DNA of 64,000 nucleotides from Malacoraja senta. Its lineage: Eukaryota. The position numbers were made by a program, and so were the translations under genes. How positions within the stretch are numbered: position 1 is the first letter of the stretch; each line of letters starts with the position of its first letter. Location of the stretch: the NCBI GenBank assembly GCA_038087875.1, contig JAXLNO010000176.1, positions 1 through 64,000 of the forward strand. Direction: 5' to 3'. The notes beneath the pieces were generated by a model. That model did no database searches and was not told where the DNA came from. It saw only the letters and a list, made by a program, of their open reading frames with translations. This document shows positions 24,191 to 35,829 of the stretch, in pieces.

Positions 24191-26486
24191 GGTAGATTTC
24201 TATAAACTAAGGGAATCAATGAAAATGGGTAGTGCTGAGGTAATATAATCTTATTGAACAATAGAGCAGGCACACAGTCTTGTAAGCCTATACCAGCTTC
24301 TACTTTTTAGTTTAAGTTATTGTGTTCTCAGATCTTATATCAGGTCGACATGACAAAGGATTTGAATGCCAGCCCCCAGCATAATAGTCTACAGATAGAC
24401 TCCTGTGGAGTTAGGTTATAGGGCAACATGGCTCTGCAGCATTTAGGCAATTGAATTACAATTATATTCGAATGAAGAATCCAAGTATATGGTGCATGGC
24501 TTTCTCTGAGGAACTCCCAACCTGCTGGTTTCCTCTGATATTTTTTCAAGTGACTTAATTGTCATTTCTACCTCTAGATAATTTGATTTTGCTGCCTGTG
24601 TCTCTCAACTAAGAACAAATGTGTTTCAATTGCATTTCTCCGTTGGTTTAGTTCCCACTTGGTTGGAGGGATTTTTAATTTCAACAGCTAGGTAGCAATC
24701 TGCAGGAGTTGATTTTCATCACAACAATTTTGAGTATTATTATCAGTCATTTCATTAAAGATAAGCAATCCAATTTTACAAAACTACTGTTGAGGTAGAA
24801 GTAGATATTTACCCTTATTCCAAGGTTCATAATGGCATTCAATCAGTTTTTAAAGCTCTTATGTCCATTAATCTTGCCAATATTAGATCTCCAAAGGATA
24901 TGAAGATAATAGCATTAAAGGGGCCTGATTAGATCTCAAAGATGCAGAATTTAATTCTTGCGTCCATTGTCAGAACAACATTTTTTCCAATTTCTATTAG
25001 AGTAGAATAATTATCCTTGCCCTTCCATTGAGCTCTAGACCTTTACATTCTGCTCTGTCAAGCACTAATCTCTAAATTCAACATGTAAATTGTTTCCCCC
25101 CAGTCTAGTTACAGTAAAAATACTGAATCAAGCACTTGAAACAACAAAATCTTATTTTAACAAAAGCGCATTACAGTTCAACTACTGTACCTATCCCACT
25201 GCGGCTTTGATCCTCATATCTGCCTGTTCAAGCCCTCTAGGACTCGCTCAGACAGAGACACTCCAGAAGTTCACGCAGTCCCAAGCGCTCTCCCAGAAGA
25301 TCGACGCTGAACCTCGTGGTAGCGGACCTTTATATGTCCCGGGACCTCGAGGGGCCGAACCACATGGGGATGGTCTCTTAATAACCCAATTACAGATATT
25401 GATTAACCCCATACATAACAGACATTTCTCTAACCCAATAATACAACAACTCAAAACATTGTATTCAAACCGGACTTTGTAAGGAAGCCAACTTAGAAAC
25501 ATTTACCCTGATCTGCAGGAAACCCAGTCAAGGCTCAAACCCCATCCAATCAACACTCGGCAAAGTTAAACTTTGCAACATTATTTACAATTATTTACAT
25601 GGTTTGCAGCCATCCAATCCATTCTATGCATTTTGCACCTAATTGACAGGGTCTGCAGATGTTCTTATTCTTTGCTTGCAAATTGTATCTAAGATCTAGA
25701 CACACTGGCACCACTCCGCAGCTTGTCCCAGCTCTGCAGAGAAAAATTCCAAATTGACCAAATCTCCCAGCATCCCTGAAGCGTTCACCCCATTTTGAAG
25801 TCCTAGCCTCTCCAATTTAGCCAGGATTAACATTCACACATAATTATAATTTATTTTTCTTGGCAATGGAATTAGAGGAAACTCTTTGGTACTTAAACTT
25901 CACTTTCATCCAGTATTGCCTTCCTTTAAGGCATTATTGTTGCTCTTTTGAAGGCAAGTACAGTTTAAGCTTGAAAATGTTTATTTTTTACTTGAACTAA
26001 CCAATGGATGAATTTTTGTCCAGTTGCTATCTGCTTTGAGATTTATTTCACATCAAAGCAGCCTTTATTACCAGCCGCTTTGACTAAACCTCTTATGATT
26101 TGCTCTGGTATCTCCTTGTGTAGGAGAATTATATCTCCTTCTGCACCTTTAGTCCAATAATGTTGCTGTGAAGAATAATGGATGTCTTTTTCACATCAAA
26201 TGTGCTACAAAAGAAGACATTTCTATTGCAAAACCTCTAATTGTCCTTCTTCAGGTAATAACCTTAAAAACACAAAGAGTCTAACAATACCAGTTCCAGC
26301 AGAAGAAAGCTGAAAAGATCATCTTAAAAATAAAAACCAATGCAGATAAAATAGACATGAGAAGAAATCATCCCTCAACGATCTATTAAAATTCTGTCCT
26401 TTATACACAAATCCTTAAGGAACAAAATTATCTTACTGATAGCCTTCCTCACTCCAAAGCTGACCACTCTATATGTTGCACTTTTA

Positions 26487-27103
26487 AGGGGCTGTCCCAT
26501 TGCGGCGACCTAATTTGCGAGTTTAGACGAGTTTGCCCTTGACTCAAACTCGCAGCATGGTCGACACGTGGTCCTACGAGGTCCTATGAGGTCACTGGAA
26601 CTCTCCTTCATGCTCGAGGGAAGTTCCCGAATACTCGCGGCCTCAGCTATGTCACGGAATATTTTTCAACATGTTGAAAAATTTTCCGCGAGTAAACATT
26701 GGTCGGCATGATTCTTTTTAACTCGTAGTTCTGTGGAGTGGGTTCGCTATGTAGTTACAGGCAGTCGAGGGCAGCTGTGGGCAATCTCCTTCACTGACCG
26801 GGCATTTTAATTGGCTCACTGGAGTTTTCAGGACCAAGGAAAACCGACTGGTAAGTAAAATGCCCGTTAAACTTTACTAAACGTTGTCTGACTTCTTAAA
26901 AGTGTCTCCACTCCTTCTCCCCCCCCCTTCTCCCCCCCTTCTCTCCCCTTCTCTCCCCTTCTCTCTCCCTCTCTCCCCTTCTCTCCCCCCCCTCTCTAAA
27001 GGACTTACCGTACACTGTGGCAGCCGTCTTTAACCTTCCTCTTCATTGCGGGTGTGAATTTCAGACAGCGCTCCCCCGCTTTCCCTGGCCCCTGCCTTTG
27101 TGA

Positions 27104-27141
<38 letters not shown>

Positions 27142-27278
27142 GTCGGCCGATCCAGCTCGCGGTTTCATCGCTGATGGTCGATCCAGCTCGAGGTTTTCCA
27201 GGCGAGTGCCCTCAAGCTTGAAGGTCAAAGACACTCTTCTGAATTCGCGGATTAGGTCGCCGCAGTGGGACAGCCCCT
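26487..27278. mobile_element. PIF/Harbinger-type MITE with internal CT-rich and (GT)n tracts
   Basis: TIRs aggggctgtcccattgcggcgacctaat / attaggtcgccgcagtgggacagcccct; TTA TSD 26484-26486 and 27279-27281. Confidence 0.88.
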
Positions 27279-28289
27279 TTAGAGTGCCCAACATCGGTCA
27301 TTTTTATATTTATTTCCTTAGCAACTTGATAGGGACAAGATTATAATCTTGCTTGACATATTTGTATCAGGAATCAAATCATCCTGCCATTTTTCTTTGC
27401 TATTAGATGGTGTGATCAAATCAGTCTGATTCCAAACGTTTTGACTCAATGATGCTTTTTATTCTGATGCTTTTGTATTCCGGTGAGCTACTCTAGTTTT
27501 CATTAAATTTTAAATATCCAAGTGACCCCTTTCATAGTTCAACATCTGATTTACGTCTTTTTCCAATTGAATGTCTGCTATGAATGAGGGAGAGAGAAAG
27601 ATGTGGGGAGAAAATGGACAATTGTCATTATCATTTGCCAATATCAATTTGTTTTACCATTTCAAAAGCAAATGCCAAACACTTGCTTTGAAACTGTTCA
27701 AAGGCATTGGTTATCAATTAATAACTTCACACAACAAACTTAAACTTGTATTAATGACTGTTTTTTGCTCTTAGGCATTTTGGTCATCAGCTGTGATGTA
27801 TGTGTGTAATTAGAAACCTAGCTATGACCCAAATGTCATAGGATAGATTTATTAAGTTATGATTTCACAGAATGGAGCTGATAGATATCACATGAATCAT
27901 ATGGTCCACATATTATTAGCAGACAATATTACTAAACTATAGCTTTAAAAAAGCCACAATTTAAAACAAAACACAATCACACAAGGTGATTTGCACAATG
28001 CATGTGAGGCTTCCTCCTGTTGCCAACAGGCTTTTTCAAAAATGTTTTAAATTATTTGGCCTCAAATCTTCTACAAATCGTAAACACATCTCTTCTCTCA
28101 GGTGTATTCCCAAAGGCCCTGAAAACTGCAGTCATCAAGCCACTCTTAAAAAAGAACAATCTAGACATGTCACTAATGTGCAATTACAGGCCCATATCAA
28201 ACCTTCCATTTTTAAGTAAAATCATTGAAAAAGCTGTTTTTCAACAGCTTAACAACTTCTTGTCACTATAAAACTGTTTTGATGTCTTA

Positions 28290-28789
28290 AGGGCCTATCT
28301 TAAGGGGGGGGGAGAAAGGGGGGAGTAGGGCATGCGAGTCCATGTGGCAAGCGCGACCTAACCGGAAGCGGGGGCCGCGCGGAGGTTGAGTGATCCCTGT
28401 ACAGGGCCGGTCCCACCAGCATGCGGCTGCATGCGGCAAGCGCTACCAATCCAGAAGCGGGGGCCGCGCGGAGGTCGAGTGACGTCAAGACGGTGTGTAC
28501 GGCGTCGAGGCGGTGCGTACGGCCTCGATGCGGCTGCGTACGGTGTCGAGGCGGTGCGCACGGCCCCGATGCGGCTGCGGGGCGGCAGGCCGTTGCCGCG
28601 CGGAATTTTTGAACAGTGTCAGTTTTTCGGAGCCCCGCGCGATGTCGGGACCAGCTCCGCACAACTCCATACGGCTCCGGCGATCGAAGTGGGACCAGCC
28701 CCGTGACCTCCGCGCGGCCCCCGCACGGCCCCCGCTTCCGGTTAGGTCGCGCTTGCCGCATGGAGTCGCATGCCCGTGGGACAGGCCCT
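28290..28789. mobile_element. PIF/Harbinger MITE, same family as 20559-21041, opposite orientation
   Basis: TTA TSD 28287-28289 and 28790-28792; removing it restores the L2 reading FDVLQSGFR; left TIR interrupted by a G-rich tract. Confidence 0.88.
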
Positions 28790-29155
28790 TTACAGTCAGG
28801 TTTTCGACCACACCACAACACTGAAACTGCTCTTGTTAATGTCTTCAAAGACATCCACCTAAATACAAACAGTGGCAAAATTTCAGTCTTAGTATTACTG
28901 GATCTCAGTGCTGCATTTGACACAGTCGACCGCACCATATTACTAGATCGATTGGAAAACTGGATTGGACTTTCTGTCACAGTACTAAACTGGTTTGAAT
29001 ACTACTTAAAGAACAGGGACGACTTTGTGTCTATAGGTAATTACACATCAGAGCGGACAAATATGACATGCGGAGTTCCCCAGGGCTCAATATTGGGGCC
29101 TCTTCTGTTTAACATATACATGCTCGCATTGGCTCAGATTATGGAAAACAACAAA

Positions 29156-29310
29156 GGTAGACAAAAATGCTGGAGAAACTCAGCGGGTGAGGCAGCATCT
29201 ATGGAGCGAAGGAAATAGGTGATGTTTCGGGTCGAGACCCTTCTTCAGACTGATGGATGAAGGAATAGGTGACGTTTCGGGTCGAGACCATCTGCAGTTC
29301 TTTCTTAAAC
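29156..29310. mobile_element. Penelope-derived short repeat inserted in L2
   Basis: 15-bp TSD ATGGAAAACAACAAA at 29141-29155 and 29311-29325. Confidence 0.85.
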
Positions 29311-29703
29311 ATGGAAAACAACAAAATAAGTTACCATAATTATGCAGACGACACACAAATTTACATAACCATATCACCAGGGGACTATGGTCCAATACGA
29401 ATACTGAGTAAGTGCATCGAACAATTCAACGATTGGATGTGCCAAAACCTTCTTCAATTAAACAAAGACAAAACTGAGGCAGTTGTTTTTGGAGCCAAAG
29501 AGGAACGATTAAAAGTCAGTGCTCAGCTTCAATCGGCAATGTAGTCATGGACTCAGACCTGAACTTCAACAGCCACTTTAAGACAATTACTAAGTCAGCC
29601 TACTATCAACTTAAGAATATATCAAGGGTTAGAGAACTTATGGTTCAGCAGGATTTGGAAAAAGTTGTCCATGCATTTATCTTCAGTAGACTTGATTATT
29701 GTA

Positions 29704-29870
29704 ATACATAATATCTGAAGAATGGTAATGCATACAGATCTGAAGAAGGGTTTCCGCCCGAAACGTTGCCTATTTCCTTCGCTCCATAGATGCTGCTGCA
29801 CCCGCTGAGTTTCTCCAGCATTTTTGTGTACCTTCGATTTTCCAGCATCTGCAGTTCCTTCTTAAACACA
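29704..29870 (+). mobile_element. Penelope-derived short repeat inserted in L2
   Basis: 12-bp TSD TTGATTATTGTA at 29692-29703 and 29871-29882; contains CTGAAGAAGGGTTTCCGCCCGAAACGTTG. Confidence 0.85.
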
Positions 29871-31325
29871 TTGATTATTGTAGTCTTCACAGGTCTCCCT
29901 AATAAATTGATTAGACAGCTGCTGCTCCTTCATAACGCTGCTGCCCGAGTCCTCTCTAAGACCAAGAAAGTGGATCACATTACTCCAGTTTTGAGGTCTT
30001 TACACTGGCTTCCAGTCTGTCAAATAATTGATTTCAAAATATTACTGTTGGTTTATAAAGCACTGAATGGTCTAGGGCCAAAATACATTTCTGATCTTCT
30101 GCTACATTATGAACCACCCAGACCTCTGAGGTCATCTGGGACAAGTCTGCTTTCTGTCCCCAGAGTCAGAACTAAACATGGAGAAGCAGCATTTACTTTT
30201 TATGCACCACATATATGGAACAAACTTCCAGAAAAATGCAGGTTCGCTCCAAATCTCAGTTCTTTTAAATCGAAGACTTCTCTGTTTGACGCTGCATTTA
30301 ATTAAATTAAATATTTATTCATTTCTTATATTGCACTCTAACTTTTATTCTTGTATTTTATACTTGTCTTATTCTATTTTAGCTTGTTTTTATTTTCTAT
30401 TCTTTTTAATGACTGTTTTTAATTGCTTTTAATTGCTCTTTAATGCTTTGTGTAAAGCACTTTGAATTGCATTGTTGCTGAAATGTGCTATATAAATAAA
30501 CTTGCTTGCTTGCTTGCTTCCTCAGTTGGCACCTGATGTCAAAGTCAGGTTGCTTTAGCTATGATATTGTCGAGTTACGTTGGATGTGCTACTTACATTG
30601 TACGAAGCATTTTATTGCAATGATGAGGCTTAAAGATTGATCACTATGATGGCCTACTAATTATACTAACTAATATAAATGATATAACATTCTAGCTACT
30701 GCATTGAATGGACAACTTTATGGTTTTGAGATAAAGAACAATATAAAGTTTGATTTACAAGGAATCCTACAGAATAGTAAGATTAAATGAGAACTTACCA
30801 GTTTGAAGTTTGATCTTTATTTTATGAGGAGTTACGTTGGTGATTACGTGAAGAACCCCGTCAGGGCGCATGCGTGTCAATCTTCAAAGCAGCGGTATGA
30901 AATCACAGACAACACCATAATTGAAGTAACATATTAAGATGATCAACATGAGAACTACCATTATGACCTTTTTTCTATGAGAGAGGGTTGGGCGTGACGG
31001 GCACGTAATCACCAACGTAACTCCTCATAAAATAAAGATCAAACTTCAAACTGGTAAGTTCTCGTTTAATCTTACTATTTTACTTCGGAGTCACGTGAGT
31101 GACTACGTGAAGATTTTAAAGCTCTGTGATTTTTATGCCGCAGATCAAAATCCCGGCTTCTCACTGTATCGATTGACTCTGAGTATCATCAATAATGCTG
31201 TAAACATGACATTGCATATCATGCAAAAATAAACAGTTTTATTTTTTGGTCATAAAACAACCAATAAACCCTCTTAATGTAGGGGCAACAAACGAAACAG
31301 AATGAAACAGTATTGAAAACAGACT

Positions 31326-32311
31326 TTAAACAATAGCAACAGGACTCAATATTGAGTTGGCAAACAGCCCTCCATCGGCAATCGGCCGATGGTAGTATTG
31401 CTGAAACACAAGTTCATTTTTCCAACCTGCGGCTTTTAATATATGGTCGATGAGAACGTCCATCGCCCTGGCCGCGGATGTTGCTACTGCGCTAGTGGAA
31501 TGAGATGTAAACACATAAATGTTAATTCCTGCCTGAACCAACTCTTGCTTTAACCACCTTGAGATAGTCTGAACTGCCACTCTTTTATGTTGGCTTCTTG
31601 TAACTGACAAATAATCCTGTTTCTTTTTGTCTTAAAGCCCTTGTGGCTTCAATGTAATGTAACAAATGTGTCATTATACATAAACATGGAGCTGTAGGAT
31701 ATGCTGAGAACACAATCTTAAATCCTGTCACACCTGGCCTGCTTTGTTTGAGCAGGTCAGAAATATAAAACAGAACATTCTCTGCATTCACTTCCATTCT
31801 TTCGAACTGACGTTTTTGCAAAGTCTGCACTCTCTGTACTGACACCAATGCCATTAGCATAGCCAATTTCATGGTTAATTTTAACAAAGTTATAGACGTG
31901 ACAGGGACCCAATGACGAAGTATGTTAAGAACAACGCTTACCTCGCAGATTACCATATACCTAGGCTTAGGCGGTTTGGAATTAAAGATTCCTTTCATCA
32001 ACCTAGATATGAGAGGGTGAGAACCTATAAATTGTGTCCGTGTACCTATTACCAGATATGCCGACAAAGCACTTCTAGCTGTATTGATAGCACGATAGTT
32101 ATGACCCTCATCATAATAAAGTGTAGATAAAACTAACACATTTTCAATAACTACAGTATCATATTGAATATTCTTTTGAACACAATATTGTTCCCATTTA
32201 AAAAATTTCATAAGTCATATACTGCTTTTGAGTACTCTTTCTCCAGGCTGCAGTGAGTATATCCACCGTTGGCCTAGAAAGTCCTCGACCAATGTAAGGC
32301 ATTCTTAAAAC
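31326..32311 (-). pseudogene. DIRS copy 2 tyrosine recombinase (frameshifted)
   Basis: ORFs 31585-32211 and 31326-31610 align with the copy 1 YR. Confidence 0.88.
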
Positions 32312-34060
32312 CTGCAAATTAACAGATCCATACGATCACATAACGGATGAACTTAACGCGTTACTGGATGCTCCTACTGTTTGGAATCAGCAAAAAGAGG
32401 TTGGATCGCTATCTGTAACATCAAAGGGAACCATGGTTGAATCGGGCAATTTGGTATCACCAAAACCCCTGAAGCGGCATCCTGCTTGATTTTCTCAAAC
32501 ACCGACCTATGAGGCAGAATGGTGGGAAAATGTACACAAACATATCATCCCAATTTAGTGAAAAAGCATCAATTGCCACTGCCCCTGGATCTGGTGCCTA
32601 TGAAACATATTTTGGCCTTCCATATAGAAGTACTATGTTCTTGAACACATCCTGGTTCCACATCCACTCTGTGTTATGACGGAATTTTCGTGAGCTGCCA
32701 TCTGGTACTACATTAAGTTTCCCTGGCAGATAGATAGCTCCAATCCAAATCTCTCTATCCCTACTGCAGGTCCAATTTTATTTGCCAACCTGTCACATGA
32801 TAACGATTTTATTCCAGCCATGTGATTAATATCAGCAACTGCTGTAGTGTTGTCTATTTTGCACTGCACATGCAAACTAGTTTAGTTAGTGCCATAAGCC
32901 TTGAGTCCATAAAATACTCCTGGTTAATTACCCATGTTTGCAGAAGCAATGTTCATCTGTCTCCACAGCTGGATCTTGTATCAGTAGCACCCTACCCAAG
33001 TGCTCTGACATCTGTCTGCAAATCATGGAAGCTTGGTCCAATAACACTTTGGAACTACTAGTGGACACATGCTGAATCCACCATTGTACATCAGCAACAG
33101 CCTCTATTGATAGAAGCATAGGTCTATTATAATGACCCCAATGTATCCTCAATGCTTGTTCCTTTGACCTTTGTAATTGTAGATAATAAAGTGGCCATAT
33201 TGAACTGCTGGAAATGCTGCCAGCCATTACCACAGCAGACTTGTCACCTGGCTAATTGAAGGCTGTGTGTCAGCAATTAACTTGATACAGCTCTTAATTA
33301 GCTCTACCCTTTTTTGCCTGGGCAAGGTCACAATGATGTTGATTAAGTCCATTGTGAACTCAACTAGTCAATTTGTGTCACAGGTATACATTTAGATTTC
33401 TCTGGATAGCTTATGAAGCCCAATTAAAAAATGGTTTTTACCAACTGCCACTGATGCTTCAGCTGTTTCCGTTGATTGTCCTACAATCAAGATATTATCT
33501 AGTTAAGCCATGAGACCACGCCCTTGACTTCTCTTCATGCCTAGAATAGGTTTTAACAACTTTGTAATCCCTCTAGGAGCTGAAGACAAACCATTAGGCA
33601 GTGGATTGTATTGGCATAATTGCCACATCCAGCTGAATTTTGAATTTTCTATCCTGCAAATGAACAGACACTGAATCCGCATCTTTAAGATCTCTTTCAC
33701 AAACGTTTCCATCTTAAAATGTCTATACCGTACAAAAGGGTTAAGACTATTCAGGTCTGTATATGCATCCCCCCATCCTTTTTTGGTCTGGGAAAGATAT
33801 TGGACACAAACTGATGGCTTTGGTAAACTGCCTTAGCAATTACACCTTTATTACATAAGCTTGCAAGTTCCAGCTGAACTTCCAATTGTTCAGTGATACT
33901 GAAGTCAAACTCCTTTTTGGAACATGTTGCATGGGTAAATCAGAATTTGCATTAAGCTTTATTCGATGCCCTTGAATAACCTTCAGTATAAACATATCTG
34001 AGGTAAACATTTAATTGTATCACATTAGATCTGTCTACATGAGAACCAGACCCTCTTACC
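32305..34060 (-). pseudogene. DIRS copy 2 pol (RT/RNase H/MT), fragmented
   Basis: METFV...LPNGLSSAPRGITKLLKP, LQRSKEQALR..GHYNRPMLL, C-terminal ICRF* matching copy 1 ICRV*. Upstream boundary approximate. Confidence 0.82.
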
Positions 34061-34816
34061 TCCTTACCACCTGGCATTCTTCCCCGGCCTTGAGCTGGAT
34101 ATCTCACCTCCCTGGCGGTGCTACAGCCGAACGCCAACTGCGCTGCATCGTAGCTGGACTCGTCCCTTGCCCGGAGCAGTCTCCTCCCTTATAGGGATAC
34201 TTCCGCTTTGGTGAATATGTGGCTGCCGTCTTAGCCTCCTCCTCCAGCTCCTTCACCTGCTGTGCGAAATCCTCGCCAAACTGCTGTGCCGGTTGCACTG
34301 TGCCAGGCTGGCAGAGTGAAGCATATTTAGCATTGATGGTTGGTCTAATCGCAGTCTTGCGGAGGCAGTTGATCTCAAAGTGGGCACTCCACAATAGCGC
34401 CTTTTGTTGTAATTTGTCATGGCCTCTCCATCCACCATCCTGGCAAAGCTCGTTATACCAGATGCCAGCAACTTTAAAAATATGCTGGAGCTTCACATGC
34501 TCTCATTAGTATGCCCATCTTGCCCCAATTCTTCCTGTTCCCAACAGGAACTTTTAACAGTCCACAGTTGATTGGGGCTTCATGCTTCGTTACTGTCTCA
34601 TCCATTGTCAGCTCCTGTAGCTGATGTGAGACTTGGTAATTTATGCTGGTGGCAAGTTCCTCACCCAGAGGCTCACCAGCGTCCGACGACATGGCAAACC
34701 GTGCTGCACACGGTGTCAGCTCCGACAGCTGCCTGCCCTCCCTTTGGAAGTCGTCGGACTCAGGGTCAGAGCGTATCTGCCCTTCTGCACTCACCTCTTG
34801 CAAAGAGGGTACTTTC

Positions 34817-35058
34817 AAGCAGGCCTCTACTAGGCACTGCCAGCGGAGCCTTCCCTAAGGCTTCCCGCCTGCACAACTCCTCCTGGAGTTGTGGCTTTGT
34901 GAAGCAGGCCTTTCCTAGGCACTGCCAGCGGAGCCTTCCCTAAGGCTTCCCACCTGCACAACTCCTCCTGGAGTGTGGCTTTGTGAAGCAGGCCTCTCCT
35001 AGGCACTGCCAGCGGAGCCTTCCCTATGGATTCCCGCCTGCACTACTCCTCCTGGAGC
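34817..35058. repeat. ~84-bp tandem repeat, ~2.9 copies, inside the copy 2 gag
   Basis: agcaggcctct(a/c)ctaggcactgccagcggagccttccctaaggcttccc... recurs at ~34818, ~34903 and ~34987. Confidence 0.9.
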
Positions 35059-35829
35059 GTCTCTGTGGAACAGCCCCTGTATGAGCTGCTCCTTTTGGAT
35101 AACCGCTGGGGAACGGTATCCTGTCCCCGACGGGACTCTCGTGGCCCGACTCTGCGGAGTCTATAGCCCTGACAGACTTGGCTTATGCCTACCGCCCGAC
35201 TGGCGTTGGCTGTGTACCCGGCTGGGCACTTTGCCAAGCCTGTCGCCGCACCGCTACCGGCTTGCGACTCCCCCGAGGTGACAGGCTGCCTTTCAGAGAC
35301 TGCGTCCCGCAGCTCTCTCTCTCCTTGTCGGCAGCAGACCTGCACCATTTCCTTGTTCCTGTATGTGGGGGAAAAAACACACAGAAACAATTTCTCTACT
35401 TTTCTCTAACTCCTCCAAAGTCTCCCCGACTTTGGTGGAGGTGTAATTACTCACCTGCAGCAGGAGGTCCGTGCTCCTGCTGCCATTCTCGCCAATGCGT
35501 CAGACGTAATGACGCGCATGCGCCCTGACGGGGTTCTTCACGTAGTCACTCACGTGACTCCGAAGTAAAATTGTCTTTGAAAATCACAATATTCTCAGCA
35601 GGATCCACTATAGCTTTCAGAAGTTGTTGATTAGAGAATTTAGGACATGAAGTTGCTGAAGGATTAAGTGTGGAGAATCTCTTAGAAAAGCAGTTGATTT
35701 GTATAATTAACAATTCAAGCACTATCATTTTGCAATGATAAGGAGTGCTGAAGTGTTGCAAGAGATCAAAGTGATGATACAGATTTAGAGTTAAATCACA
35801 GTTTAAACATGATATCATCTTGTGAAGGC

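Larger units (their letters stand above)
28015..30520 (+). mobile_element. L2-clade LINE, 5'-truncated, with three nested insertions
   Basis: NYRPISNLPFLSKIIEK, QSGFRPHHNTETAL, LLDLSAAFDTVD, GVPQGSILGPLLF, YADDTQIY, HITPVLRSLHWLPV; aataaa then (cttg)n tail at 30501-30519. Confidence 0.93.
30773..35570 (-). mobile_element. Full-length DIRS1-type retrotransposon, copy 2 (older, heavily frameshifted, different subfamily)
   Basis: Termini nearly identical to copy 1; ICR at ~31002-31113; gag-like (34104-35348), RT (LPNGLSSAPRGITK, MA*LDN) and YR (PPKPRY, LMALVSVQRVQTL, TISRWLKQEL, HSTS, AAGW..FQQYY) fragments. Confidence 0.93.

Noticed and set aside
25090..25502. Overlapping ORFs and a TATA-like GC-richer patch
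   Set aside because: No recognisable protein or element boundaries; possibly a retroelement UTR or LTR remnant but unsupported.
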